This document shows, in pieces, positions 53,160-63,427 of a DNA stretch of 64,000 nucleotides. The notes beneath the pieces were generated by a model that did no database searches, had not been told where the DNA came from, and worked only from the letters and a program-made list of their open reading frames with translations. The stretch comes from Oculatellaceae cyanobacterium bins.114 (GTDB lineage Bacteria; Cyanobacteriota; Cyanobacteriia; Elainellales; Elainellaceae): the NCBI GenBank assembly GCA_033764315.1, contig JANRJA010000077.1:1-64000 (forward strand), in the 5' to 3' direction. How positions within the stretch are numbered: position 1 is the stretch's first letter; each line of letters starts with the position of its first letter. Both the position numbers and the translations under genes were made by a program.

Positions 53160-54758
53160 ATGAAACCTACAAGTGTGCAGGTTACAACAACCAGTGATTA
53201 TGACGGCGATGGGAGTATTGATTCCCGTTTTTTAACGACGACCACCTATGACCGTCAAGGGCATGAGTTAACATCCACTTCTGAGAACGATTATGATGGC
53301 GACGGGAGTATTGATTCTTATGAGTCAACTACTAGAACCTATGACCGTTAAGGAAATGAATTAACTGATCTTCATATCAATGATTATGATGGCGATGGGA
53401 GTATTGATTCTCATTACCTAACAACGAATACCTACGACCGTCAAGGGCATCTATTAACCTCTGTTTTTGAGGTTGATGCGGGTGGCAACGGCAGCATTGA
53501 GTTTCGTGAGTCAACCACTAAAACCTACGACCGTCAAGGGCATGAATTAACGTCTATTGTGGAGAACGATGATGGTGGCGACGGGAGTATTGATTCTTAT
53601 GAGTCAACTACTAGAACCTATGACCGTCAAGGGCGTGAATTAACTGTTCTTTATATCAATGATTATGATGGCGATGGGAGTATTGATTCGCATCACTTAA
53701 CAACAAATACCTATGACCGTCAAGGGCATCTGTTAACCTCTGTTTTTGAGAGTGATGAGAGTGGCAACGGCAGTATTGATTTTCGTGAGTCAACCACTAG
53801 AACCTACGACCGTCAAGGGCATGAATTAACGTCTGTTACTATCAGTGACAATGATGGCGATGGAGACACCGACAGCTATGCTTCAACGACAAAGACCTAT
53901 GACCGCCAAGGGCATTTGTTAACCTCTGTTTCGGCTTCTGATTATGAAAACAATGGCAATATTGATTTTCGGGCGTCAACAACGAAAACCTATGACCGCC
54001 AAGGGCATGAGTTAACGTTCATTTATGTAGCTGATTATGACGGGGATGGGCAAACCGATTTTACTCAATCAATCACGAAGACCTATGACCGTCAAGGTCG
54101 TGAGTTGACGGTCGTTGATGCAAGCGATGATAACGGCGATGGGCACATCAACTACAGTTCTTCAACGACAAATACCTATAACCGTCAGGGTCGTCAGTCA
54201 ATAGTCGTTTTTGAAGGTGATTATAACGACGACAGTTTAATTGACTACCATAACACCACGACTACGACTTACGATCGCCAAGGTCGTGAGCTAACGGTCG
54301 TTTCTGAACATGATGATGACAGAGATGGGAGAATTGAATCTCGTTACTCAACCCTGAAGACGTATGACCGTCAGGGTCATCCGTTAACTATGGTTAATGT
54401 TCAAGATTCTAATGGCGATGGGATTACTGATTATCGTGACTCAACGATTAACACCTATGACCGCCAAGGTAATCAACTAACTGCCATTTTTACATCTGAT
54501 TCTAATGCTGATGGAAAAATGGATTATCGGGTTGAGACAATCTTTACCTATCAAGAGCTGCACAATCATAGCAGAAGTAGTTCGAGTAGAGTGACTCCTG
54601 ATATTAGAACGATGAGCTTAGGTCAAGCAGGTCAATCTAGACCAGCATTGTTCGGTCATGAATTGTCAGATCAACTCGCTTCACTCGATCCTTTTCATAA
54701 TCGACAGGGTATCGACCACTTCTCCTCGGTGGATGCAAATCTCAGAACGAGGTTTTAA
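53160..54758 (+). pseudogene. 31-aa YD/DxDGDG repeat protein with one internal TAA
   Basis: One 533-codon frame, AAGGAG RBS; TAA at 53349-53351 where the other units have Gln (TYDRQG). Confidence 0.85.
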
Positions 54759-54859
54759 GGTGCTGTTGACTCGCACTCCACTCGCCTGCTAAATGAATGT
54801 GTTGGGTTACAGAAGGCAGAGTTTTCTCAAAAACTCTGCCTTCTGGGCATTTATTCTAA

Positions 54860-54979
54860 GTACTGCTTTTCACAGATAGGGTTCGGACATAAAACCAAGG
54901 GGGTGTGGGGGCTGCGCCCCCAGCCAGGGGTGAAACCCCTGCACCCCAAATTCCCACCCCTATTTACGACGAGTTGTAC
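54860..54979 (+). mobile_element. MITE family B, copy 2
   Basis: Near-identical to 43040; CTAAG on both sides. Confidence 0.85.
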
Positions 54980-55206
54980 TAAGTATCATCGTTTCCCCAT
55001 TCTTCATACCCGATTAAATCGCCAATGTGATCACGCGGCAAAAAATCGTTCTCTTCCAGTTCTCGTTCAACGTCTTCCCATTCTTGGGCTGGAATGTATT
55101 TGTAGAGAGTGTAGATAGGTTGACGACGGCTAACCAAATCCTGTTGTACGAGATAACGAACTTCGTCACGAATAACCGTTAAAGAATATCGACTCGAAGA
55201 AGCCAT
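54979..55206 (-). CDS. DUF4327-family small protein
   Basis: YSL.VIRDEVR.LV...VSRRQPIY.LY.YIP..EW..VE.ELE..DFL.RD.IGDL. Confidence 0.85.
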   Translation of the reverse strand: MASSSRYSLTVIRDEVRYLVQQDLVSRRQPIYTLYKYIPAQEWEDVERELEENDFLPRDHIGDLIGYEEWGNDDT

Positions 55207-55258
55207 AGTTTAGAAACCTCAGCGATTTCTGCTAAATCAATGAGAAAAAAAGCACGAG

Positions 55259-56059
55259 TTAACAAATACAAGAACGGGTCTTTAAGTCAAATCGATAGCC
55301 ATGCGACAAAATATGTAGCTTGACATCACAGAGAGCTAACGGTTCGTCTTTCAGCAGTTCCTCGACATTGCTATGGCTAATATCAGCCACGTCTACCACG
55401 GTGATCGAGTGTTCACCAATGACTTCGATTTCGTGACCATTCACCGCGATCGCCGTATTCTCGTCAATCCCAAAGCCCAGTGCCACTGGTTGTTGAGCCA
55501 CCGCTGAGAGTAACCGTCCTAATCGTCCTCGTTGAGCAAAATGTTGATCAATCACAACCCCTGGCAAAAAGCCCATGCCCCGATCCATCGTGACCACTTC
55601 CATTCGGGGATTGGTTTCACCCTCGCCTTCTACAATCATCATGTCAGGCATCATGGCGGCCCCTGCGCTGGTGCCCGCTACCACTAATCCCTCAGCAAAA
55701 CGGGTATGTAATGTGGCGTCTAATTCGGTGTCTTTCAAATACTCGGTGATGCGGGCTTGATTGCCTCCGGTAAAAAAGACCCCTGTTGCTTCATTAATAG
55801 CGGCGATCGCCTTTGGGTCACTTGCATCTTCGCGGCGAGCCGTGTCAACCACTTGCACCGCTTCAACCCCCAAGCGTTCAAACACATTTATGTAGGTTTC
55901 CCCTACTTCTCCGGGCAACCCTGTGGCAACGGTCATCACTACAATACGGGCTTGTAAACCACCCGAACGGCGCACAAATTCCCGCAAAATCTTAGATTCA
56001 CCTTCCTTATCTTCGGCACCCCCAATGATCATGAGTTGCCCCTGCGCGTCTAAAACCAT
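55259..56059 (-). CDS. cphB: Cyanophycinase (peptidase S51)
   Basis: IIGGAEDK, TGGNQ, GTSAG, DQHFAQRGRLGRL, GIDENT. Confidence 0.9.
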   Translation of the reverse strand: MVLDAQGQLMIIGGAEDKEGESKILREFVRRSGGLQARIVVMTVATGLPGEVGETYINVFERLGVEAVQVVDTARREDASDPKAIAAINEATGVFFTGGNQARITEYLKDTELDATLHTRFAEGLVVAGTSAGAAMMPDMMIVEGEGETNPRMEVVTMDRGMGFLPGVVIDQHFAQRGRLGRLLSAVAQQPVALGFGIDENTAIAVNGHEIEVIGEHSITVVDVADISHSNVEELLKDEPLALCDVKLHILSHGYRFDLKTRSCIC

Positions 56060-56200
56060 GTTCTTATCCAATTTTGAGCTGTATTTGTCAATAAAGCATG
56101 ACAATTAAGACAACGTTAACAGCCCAAGGAAAGATCTTAGAGGAGGAGGGAGGGGTTTGGCACTTGCAAGTCCAGATCCCCGGTTTTTGGTGATGGCTCA

Positions 56201-57037
56201 TCACAAAGGACGATGACCCTTAACAAACGATCGCACTTCGTCAGCGACAACCTCAGGTGCCGTGTGCACAAGATTAGCTCCGGGGTGTTGATGAACCATA
56301 GCATAAGGGGCATTGGCATATCCCTGATTCAACAGAGCGATCGCCCGTTCATCGTCTTCCCCTTGCAACAGCAGCAGCGGTACTTTGAGCCAACTCAAGC
56401 GATCGTGTACATATTCGGCTTGAATTTCAGCTTTGCGGCGATTAAATAACAACTGACAGGCAGCGGGATATTGTTTTAGCAACCGCACCTCTTGTAACCA
56501 CTGCTGAATGCAATCGGTCTGTCCTAAGAGGCGAGCTAAGGGAGAGAGCGATCGCTCCGAGATACCCGCAAGGGGTCGCAATAACCAAACCACAAGAGGA
56601 CTATGAGTTAACCACCACCATCGTTGGTGCGCTCTACCTCGCACAGGCAGCCCTTCGGCTCCTAATAACACCAACCCCTCAACCTGATGGGGATAGCGGA
56701 GCGCATAGCTAGCCGCAACCCAACCCCCAACCCCTTGTCCAATCAAATAAACCTGTCGCAACTTCAGGCTGTCTAAATAGTTGGCCAGACACTCTACTTC
56801 AAACTCAATGGAGTAATGAACACGAGGGCGATCGGATTCGCCAAACCCTAACAGATCAGGAACAAAGCAGTGAAAGTCATGCCCTAACTGCTCAATCACA
56901 CGAATCCATTCACTGCCATCACTCCAGGAGTTATGCAGAAATACTAAAACCGTACCTCGCCCCAACTCCCGCCAAAAAATCTGACCCTGTGATAGTGAAA
57001 GACGAGAGTTGCGAATGGGTAGAGGCATGGTGAGCAC
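56201..57037 (-). CDS. Alpha/beta-fold hydrolase-like protein (nucleophile absent)
   Basis: PDLLGFGES; elbow reads GQGVGG. Confidence 0.85.
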   Translation of the reverse strand: MLTMPLPIRNSRLSLSQGQIFWRELGRGTVLVFLHNSWSDGSEWIRVIEQLGHDFHCFVPDLLGFGESDRPRVHYSIEFEVECLANYLDSLKLRQVYLIGQGVGGWVAASYALRYPHQVEGLVLLGAEGLPVRGRAHQRWWWLTHSPLVVWLLRPLAGISERSLSPLARLLGQTDCIQQWLQEVRLLKQYPAACQLLFNRRKAEIQAEYVHDRLSWLKVPLLLLQGEDDERAIALLNQGYANAPYAMVHQHPGANLVHTAPEVVADEVRSFVKGHRPL

Positions 57038-57149
57038 GAGGGAAAGAGAGTGAGTTAGGGAGAGAGAAGTCAGAAGCGGGTCACTTGGGAAAATGCTCTA
57101 GGGGTCACGGTCAATCGCTCAAGCACAGGTGACTCTTGACCCCTGCCAC

Positions 57150-57605
57150 TTATGCCAATGTTGTTAGACCATTGAAATAGTCTTGTAACTGGCGATCGTG
57201 ATCGTGGGAGAGGCTACCAATAGGGATATCAGCGGGCGCAAATGCCTTTACATCTTTGATCTCAAGGGTGTCTTGCACTTGCATGGGGCCCTCGACAGCG
57301 GCCTCAATGACGACACAAATAGAGTGAAATCGAGGATCGCGATCGGGAGCCGAATAGATCCCCACCAACCGTCGAATTGCCAACAGTTTTAGTCCTGTTT
57401 CTTCTTCTAACTCTCGCTTGACCGTGGTGGGAATATCTTCTCCCCAGTTCACCATGCCACCAGGAACTCCCCAGAGACCATTATCTCGACGTTGAATCAA
57501 CACAATCCGACCATCTGGCAAGACGGGAATAATGCTTGTCCCTGTAATCGGATGACGCAGGATAAGCCCGATCGCCGCTTGTGCAAACTTCACCAATTGA
57601 ATCAT
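57150..57605 (-). CDS. NUDIX hydrolase
   Basis: PGG...GE......RELEEETGL. Confidence 0.92.
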   Translation of the reverse strand: MIQLVKFAQAAIGLILRHPITGTSIIPVLPDGRIVLIQRRDNGLWGVPGGMVNWGEDIPTTVKRELEEETGLKLLAIRRLVGIYSAPDRDPRFHSICVVIEAAVEGPMQVQDTLEIKDVKAFAPADIPIGSLSHDHDRQLQDYFNGLTTLA

Positions 57606-57810
57606 AGGATTGGGAATGCCACTTACTAGTTTAGAAAAACAGCATGCACCTGGATCTGTGCTCTGCTGAAATCAGTGAACCCTGTAGATGCATGTGCTCT
57701 GACTCAGTTGAGTCCCTTGATAAAAAGGTGTTGAACACCCCCTGACACAAAAAAACAAAGTCATCCTCATATAGATTCAGCACAGCCTCAAGGAGTTGCT
57801 TAAACCAGGT

Positions 57811-58281
57811 TCAAGCTGAGAGGGCCGCTAAATCCGCCAAAATTTGAGCAGCATGATTGTCTGGCTTTACTTTCAAATACACCTTGGCAATCTTACCCTC
57901 TGGATCAATTAAAAACGTATTGCGGCTGATGCCCATGTATTCTTTACCCATGAACTTCTTTAAGCCATAGCTTTCATAGGTGGTTGACATCTGACCATCA
58001 GCATCGGTCAACAGGGGAAATGGTAAATCAAATTTCGTTGAAAACTTTGTATGAGACTTGGCATCATCGGTGCTAACGCCTAACACAACAACATCTTGAG
58101 ATTGGTAATTGGTATAAGCATCCCGAAATCCACAGGCTTCTGTAGTGCATCCAGGGGTGTTGTCGCGGGGGTAAAAGTAAAGCACAACCCACTTGCCACG
58201 AAAATCAGATAACTGAACTGTGTTGCCGTTTCCATCAGGAAGGCTAAAATCAGGGGCAATATCGCCAGGTTGAAGTGCCAT
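57811..58281 (-). CDS. bcp: Peroxiredoxin Q (BCP)
   Basis: YFYPRDNTPGCTTEAC. Confidence 0.95.
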   Translation of the reverse strand: MALQPGDIAPDFSLPDGNGNTVQLSDFRGKWVVLYFYPRDNTPGCTTEACGFRDAYTNYQSQDVVVLGVSTDDAKSHTKFSTKFDLPFPLLTDADGQMSTTYESYGLKKFMGKEYMGISRNTFLIDPEGKIAKVYLKVKPDNHAAQILADLAALSA

Positions 58282-58410
58282 TGGTAAACCCTTTAAGAAG
58301 CTGTGAGTATTCAAGACCAATTCTGATTGTATGACTTGATTGCTCATTCGGGTATGGGTAGGAAGGAGTGGAGATGGAAGCGGGCGTTGACAAGTGTTTT
58401 AGCTGGTTTC

Positions 58411-58479
58411 TATAGCAGTCCCATATTAGTGGTGAGGCGAGCGGCTTGTGAGAGGCGCACCCCATTTGGGATTGCTATA
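58411..58479. mobile_element. TATAGC-family MITE-like element
   Basis: TATAGCAGTCCCA...TGGGATTGCTATA. Confidence 0.65.
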
Positions 58480-58544
58480 GAAGGCAAACCGCAGCTTATA
58501 GTGAATCTCATGCACCGACTGACTAACAGGTGTACGGCTACTCT

Positions 58545-59291
58545 ATGCAAATCGCTCAGTTATTGATCAAGCCTTCTCTGGGCAAGGCGATGTGCCCTTG
58601 TGAAACGTTGGAGTTAAGGCGAGGTTATGGCATTGCGGACGATGCTAATGCGGTCATCGGTAGTCCGCGTCAGATTTTGCTCCTTGACGCTTTAACTCTC
58701 GATCGCTTTGAGCTCAAGCCAGGACAATTACGAGAAAATATTGTCTTAGCTGGCATGGAGCACCCATTTCAATCGGGACAGGTTTTGCAACTAGGTTCAA
58801 CAGCGTTAGTGCGGTTAACAACGAGCTGTGAACCCTGTGCTTTTTTGAATCAAATTCGCCCAGGTTTGGCCCAAACCATCCGCCACGACCGAGGGTTTTT
58901 AGGGATGGTCATCAAAAGTGGACAAATCAGAATTGGAGATTGGGTGGCTCTTACGGCTCATCAACTTCCAGTGATCCCAGAGACAACACGAGGCAAATTT
59001 GATGAGTTTATCGCCCGCATTCCAATCGGAAAGGTTGTCTCAACACCCAATTTACTACTGGCATTGGGGTTAACACAGAGCTATTACCGAACGATTCCTG
59101 CATTGTTAAAGAAGTCGCCCATGCATTTACCAGTTCATCGTATTGTCGCCGCAGATGGGAGTTTGATGACAAAGCACATTCCCGATCAATGTAGAGCATT
59201 ACAAGCAGAGGGTGTAAAAGTAATGCATAACCGAGTCAGCCCTGACTATTTTTGGGAGGCGATCGCATTTCATGAACTAGGTGATTTTTGA
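58545..59291 (+). CDS. MOSC domain fused to an MGMT/ATL-like DNA-binding domain
   Basis: RQILL, LRENI, CEPC, G.IRIGD; then IPIGKV...PVHRIV..DG...L..EGV. Confidence 0.8.
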   Translation: MQIAQLLIKPSLGKAMCPCETLELRRGYGIADDANAVIGSPRQILLLDALTLDRFELKPGQLRENIVLAGMEHPFQSGQVLQLGSTALVRLTTSCEPCAFLNQIRPGLAQTIRHDRGFLGMVIKSGQIRIGDWVALTAHQLPVIPETTRGKFDEFIARIPIGKVVSTPNLLLALGLTQSYYRTIPALLKKSPMHLPVHRIVAADGSLMTKHIPDQCRALQAEGVKVMHNRVSPDYFWEAIAFHELGDF

Positions 59292-59479
59292 ACCAATTTT
59301 TGAACAAGTTGTTTATCAACTAGATGTGTGAATATTTTGTATAGTTTTAATGCGAAACAACTCCTTGAAATTAGGTTAAGGATAAATTTATAGTCTGAAA
59401 ATAACTTTTATTACACCGAATGCCCTCTTAAAGTTGTCTAATTGAAAGAGGAAGCTGTGGTGTACTGAGGAACTAGAGC

Positions 59480-60184
59480 ATGACTACAACTAAAAAGCGT
59501 TCATCTTCTCCAAGTGCGGTTGCGAAGACAGCACTTGAACAAGCAACTTTAGCATTGAGCGAGTTGCCCGAGAAACCCAGAGATGTTTGGTCGTTGAAAG
59601 AAGCAGTTGAATTTATGCATGAGTCGATTACAGCGGCTCTGGATAGAGGATACAGTTACGAAGAAGTGGCTGAAATGTTGAATAAAAACGGGGTAGACAT
59701 TCGGGCTGCGTCGTTGAAATATTACCTGACAGCACTCAAGCGAGAGCAAGAACCAGCCCCTAAAACTAAAACGAAACGTCCTCGTAAGGCCAGGGCTGAA
59801 AAAGCAGCCGCAACCGATCTGTCGAGTGCAGCGGTGAAGTCAATTTCCTTAATGCCGTCTGCGGCAACCGCCGAAACCTCTGAACCTACCTCATTAAATG
59901 GGGCAACACCAGAGGCGGAACCCACTCCGGCAACGCCTGTTAAAAAGCGCACCCGCTCTGCTGCTGGTACTTCGACCAAATCAACGGCGGCTAAAGCAAC
60001 AACTGCGGCCAAAACAACGTCTGCGGCCAAAACAACGTCTGCGGCTAAAACCAAGACTAGCGCAGGCACAAAGTCGAGAGCAGCCGCCAAACCCAAGACG
60101 ACTGCAACCAAGACAAGCCCAACTAAAGCAACCAAAACGGTGCCAACCCGGCGGCGCAAAAAGACAGATGCATCAGCCGAATAA
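59480..60184 (+). CDS. Basic protein: helical/HTH-like N-domain plus histone-H1-like Ala/Lys/Thr tail
   Basis: GAGG RBS; GYSYEEVAEML..GVDI...SLKYY; AAKTTS repeats (18-bp DNA repeat). Confidence 0.82.
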   Translation: MTTTKKRSSSPSAVAKTALEQATLALSELPEKPRDVWSLKEAVEFMHESITAALDRGYSYEEVAEMLNKNGVDIRAASLKYYLTALKREQEPAPKTKTKRPRKARAEKAAATDLSSAAVKSISLMPSAATAETSEPTSLNGATPEAEPTPATPVKKRTRSAAGTSTKSTAAKATTAAKTTSAAKTTSAAKTKTSAGTKSRAAAKPKTTATKTSPTKATKTVPTRRRKKTDASAE

Positions 60185-60323
60185 GTCATCGTTCAAGGTC
60201 TGTCCTTTGAAGGCAATACTGAGATGATGTCGATTGTGAAGATTGTCTAGCAGAAGAAATAACCTGGCGATCGCTAAGTTAGGATAGCCCTGAAATTGCT
60301 CTAGTCAGGTTAGGAATACTCTT

Positions 60324-60881
60324 GTGAAGCGGATCAGAGTTTGGAAAAAAACGTTCGCAGTATTTGCGTCGGTTGGTTTCTCTGCATTGGGAATTAAGCT
60401 GCCTGCCGAGGCAATTACGTTGTCGGTTTCTCAATCTGAGTCAAATGACACTCTCGCAGACGATATGCCGCTGGCACAGGCATGTCCTGATGGGCAAACC
60501 CGTCAATTGTTTGCCCGCATTACAACTCGTGATCCTAATGGATCACTCAATATTCGGTCGCGTCCCAGTGCTAGTGGCGCGATTATTGGCTCGGTTCCCA
60601 GTGGTTGGGAAGTGGTCGTGGTAGAGCGTGAACCTAGTGGACGCTGGGCCAGAATCACAGGTCACTGGGGTGATCCCTACCCCTATGGCTTTGGGTCGGC
60701 ACCCGATTTCCGCGAGGGTTGGGTTTCGACATCATTTTTGCGCACGCTGGGGCGATTGTGTGACAAGCCATCTGACCCCTATAGCTTGTTGCAACCAGAA
60801 TTATTTGGCGATCGCACAGTGATGCTGCAAGAGGATTGGTTAGAGGTGGCAGATCAAGTATCAGCCAGCCTCAATCGCTAA
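60324..60881 (+). CDS. Secreted SH3b-domain protein
   Basis: Signal peptide ending AEA; LNIRSRPS....IIG, W.RI, GWVS. Confidence 0.85.
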   Translation: MKRIRVWKKTFAVFASVGFSALGIKLPAEAITLSVSQSESNDTLADDMPLAQACPDGQTRQLFARITTRDPNGSLNIRSRPSASGAIIGSVPSGWEVVVVEREPSGRWARITGHWGDPYPYGFGSAPDFREGWVSTSFLRTLGRLCDKPSDPYSLLQPELFGDRTVMLQEDWLEVADQVSASLNR

Positions 60882-63167
60882 ATGGATGCCACCACGACAC
60901 GATTGCGCCAAATTTTAGAGTGCGCTGCAACCGTTCCTGGATATCGCGATCGCTTTCAATCAGCGGGTTTATTGACCGATCGCAAGGCAGTCCCTGACGC
61001 GGTATTGATTGCAGATTGGCAACAGGCATTTCTCAAACTGCAACCGCTGGATCGAGCCACCGTGCAAAGCCAACCGGGTGCATTTTTAGCAACAGCAACC
61101 GATGTTGTCTATCGGGGTGTCACCAGTGGCACCCAGGGACAGTCCCTCATTTATTTTGCAGGTGCAGCCTGGAACCAAGCCCGATTACACGCTCGCACTC
61201 GTTCTCTTGCCAGATGGGGCATTACCGATGAGGTTCCTATTCTCACTGTGGCTAGCCGCTTGTTGCCGCTGCGTCCAGTGGATGGGGCGATCGCCGGGAC
61301 TCTCACACCCCAATTGATTCATCAACTGCTTGAGCAGTTATCCACTCGCCCAACAGTCCTGCGGGGTTATCCCAGTCGGTTGTGTGAGGTGGCAGTGCAG
61401 TTGAGCCACACCCGACTTCCCCCTATTGTGGCGGTGATCTGCACCGGAGAGTGTTTGTTTGAGCAACAGCGGTCCCTGCTAGAGCGGGTCTTTTGTGCCC
61501 CGGTAGTGAATGAGTATGGCTGCCAGGAAACAGGTATCTCTGGGCTGACTTGCCCCGAAGCAGGACGATTGCATCTCGATAGCGATCGCTGTTATTACGA
61601 AATTGTGAATGGGCAGTTGCTGACAACGGATCTGTTCAATCAGGTGATGCCGATGGTGCGTTATGACTGTGGCGATCGCTTGGCAATTGACTCTGAACCC
61701 TGTTCCTGTGGTCGTTCCGGGTTGACAGCGACGGTTTTAGGACGGGCAGAAGACAGAGTTGACACACTCTGGGGGCAACTATTGGCGGGTGCTGTCTCAA
61801 TGCCAGCATTGGATGGGATTCAACAATATCGGGTCGTGCAACATGAGGCATCGCACTTAACACCGTCTGTACCCCTGTCTGTACAAGTACAAGCGTTTGT
61901 ACAACTTGCACAACTTGCACAACCTGTACAACCTGCACGACCTGCACAATCCCAGCTTAATTCTCGTCCACTAGATCACCTGGTGGATTGGGTAAAAACC
62001 ACGTTTGGCGATGTCAAAACTCAAGTAGTTGTTGAAGAGATTCCGGTGTTGCACTCTAGCGTCAGCACCGGGTGTGATGAGTCTACCTGGATGCAAACGA
62101 TAACTCAAGGGAGTTGGGCACAGTGGTTAAAGCAACCTGTATTGCCGCTGGGTTCTGCCCGTTGGGTCGCGGAGTTGTGGAGTGAGCTAATTAACCCACA
62201 AATAGTCTTCAATGCAGGATTGTCTCCCAAGGCGTGGCGATCGCTGCAAACAGTGCTCGACAGCCCAACCGATGTTGCCAATGAGGTGGAGTGGATAAAA
62301 GTCAGACTGTTGTTGTTTGCATGCAGTTTTTTGCCGACTCAAACGAGTCAAGAGACTCAAGCAACACAGGTCTATCAGCAAGCCATTGAGCGATTTCACC
62401 GCCTCTTGCAACGCCAAACTCTCAGCCAACATCAAGCCTCTCTCTTGCATCTCGATCGCTTGATTGCCTCGCTCTATTTACCCAACGGTGCAGCGATCTG
62501 GGTTGATCCTATCCCCAATCTGATCCAGTTAGATACCTTTGCGGTCAATCACCTATTACAAGCATTGGAAGCTGTCGCACATCAGGCGATCGCCCATCAT
62601 CGGTTACCTCACTTGCGACCGCTATTGTCAGTGCTGATCGGTGACTTGCAGTTTTTTGCGCCTCGTTTTGGGGTGTGGTTATTGGCTTATTGGTTTGAAT
62701 GGTTGCGACAGCCTATCCCCTGGGCTGTGCCCACTCCAACAGACCCATTTTCTCAAGCCTGGTTAACATGGCGACAAACCGGATTAGAGCAGATGCAAAC
62801 CGAGCCTATGAAGGTTTTGGAGGCACTGGCGCGATCGCCTTTAGAACACGCACGAGTCGTCTTAGAGCGAGGCTATGGTCAATTATTGCAGCAACAACCC
62901 CTTGACCCAGAGGAGTGGCTGCCGTTGGTGCGAGCCCACAGTGGAGCGATGGCTGGCAGTTCAACGAGTAATCCAATGGCTTGGGCACCCATTCTCAAAG
63001 CATTAGCCATCTCACTGATGGCGGTAGAACGGCGAGACTTAGCCTACCAATGTTTAGTAGCCGCGACAGCACCTGCATCTAGAGTGTCGGCCTTTGAGCG
63101 GTTAGCCGCAGGTGTGAGTGGCAAACAAAGCATTTTGGGAAGAGCAAGGATGAAGGATAAAGAATGA
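60882..63167 (+). CDS. PaaK/CapK-like adenylate-forming ligase with a long unknown C-terminal region
   Basis: TSGTQG, GYPS, TGE, EYGCQE, RYDCGD, GRAED. Confidence 0.8.
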   Translation: MDATTTRLRQILECAATVPGYRDRFQSAGLLTDRKAVPDAVLIADWQQAFLKLQPLDRATVQSQPGAFLATATDVVYRGVTSGTQGQSLIYFAGAAWNQARLHARTRSLARWGITDEVPILTVASRLLPLRPVDGAIAGTLTPQLIHQLLEQLSTRPTVLRGYPSRLCEVAVQLSHTRLPPIVAVICTGECLFEQQRSLLERVFCAPVVNEYGCQETGISGLTCPEAGRLHLDSDRCYYEIVNGQLLTTDLFNQVMPMVRYDCGDRLAIDSEPCSCGRSGLTATVLGRAEDRVDTLWGQLLAGAVSMPALDGIQQYRVVQHEASHLTPSVPLSVQVQAFVQLAQLAQPVQPARPAQSQLNSRPLDHLVDWVKTTFGDVKTQVVVEEIPVLHSSVSTGCDESTWMQTITQGSWAQWLKQPVLPLGSARWVAELWSELINPQIVFNAGLSPKAWRSLQTVLDSPTDVANEVEWIKVRLLLFACSFLPTQTSQETQATQVYQQAIERFHRLLQRQTLSQHQASLLHLDRLIASLYLPNGAAIWVDPIPNLIQLDTFAVNHLLQALEAVAHQAIAHHRLPHLRPLLSVLIGDLQFFAPRFGVWLLAYWFEWLRQPIPWAVPTPTDPFSQAWLTWRQTGLEQMQTEPMKVLEALARSPLEHARVVLERGYGQLLQQQPLDPEEWLPLVRAHSGAMAGSSTSNPMAWAPILKALAISLMAVERRDLAYQCLVAATAPASRVSAFERLAAGVSGKQSILGRARMKDKE

Positions 63168-63293
63168 AGAATGAAGGATAAAGAATGAAGGATGAAGAGT
63201 GAAGGATAAAGGATGAAGAGTGAAGAGTGAAGAGTGAAGAGTGAAGAGTGAAGAGTGAAGAGTGAAGAGTGAAGAGTGAAGAATAAAGGATAA
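63146..63293. repeat. Heptamer STRR (GTGAAGA/ATGAAGG/ATAAAGA)n
   Basis: About 20 units; the array overlaps the end of the ligase gene. Confidence 0.95.
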
Positions 63294-63361
63294 AAAGGCT
63301 AATTTAGTAGACTCAGTCACACGTTGGGTGAAGCAAAGTAAAACGTGACAACCACAAACTC

Positions 63362-63398
63362 TGACAATTGATGAATGACAATTGATGAATGACAATTA
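63362..63398. repeat. Heptamer STRR (TGACAAT/TGATGAA)
   Basis: Alternating 7-mers. Confidence 0.8.
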
Positions 63399-63427
63399 AT
63401 GCATGACGATTGCCTAATGACGAAAGC

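Noticed and set aside
53160-54758. RHS toxin or DGR target
   Set aside because: No RHS core DPxG motif, toxin/immunity pair or reverse transcriptase
43040-54979. Composite transposon bounded by the two family B MITEs
   Set aside because: Each copy has its own different target duplication, indicating independent insertions
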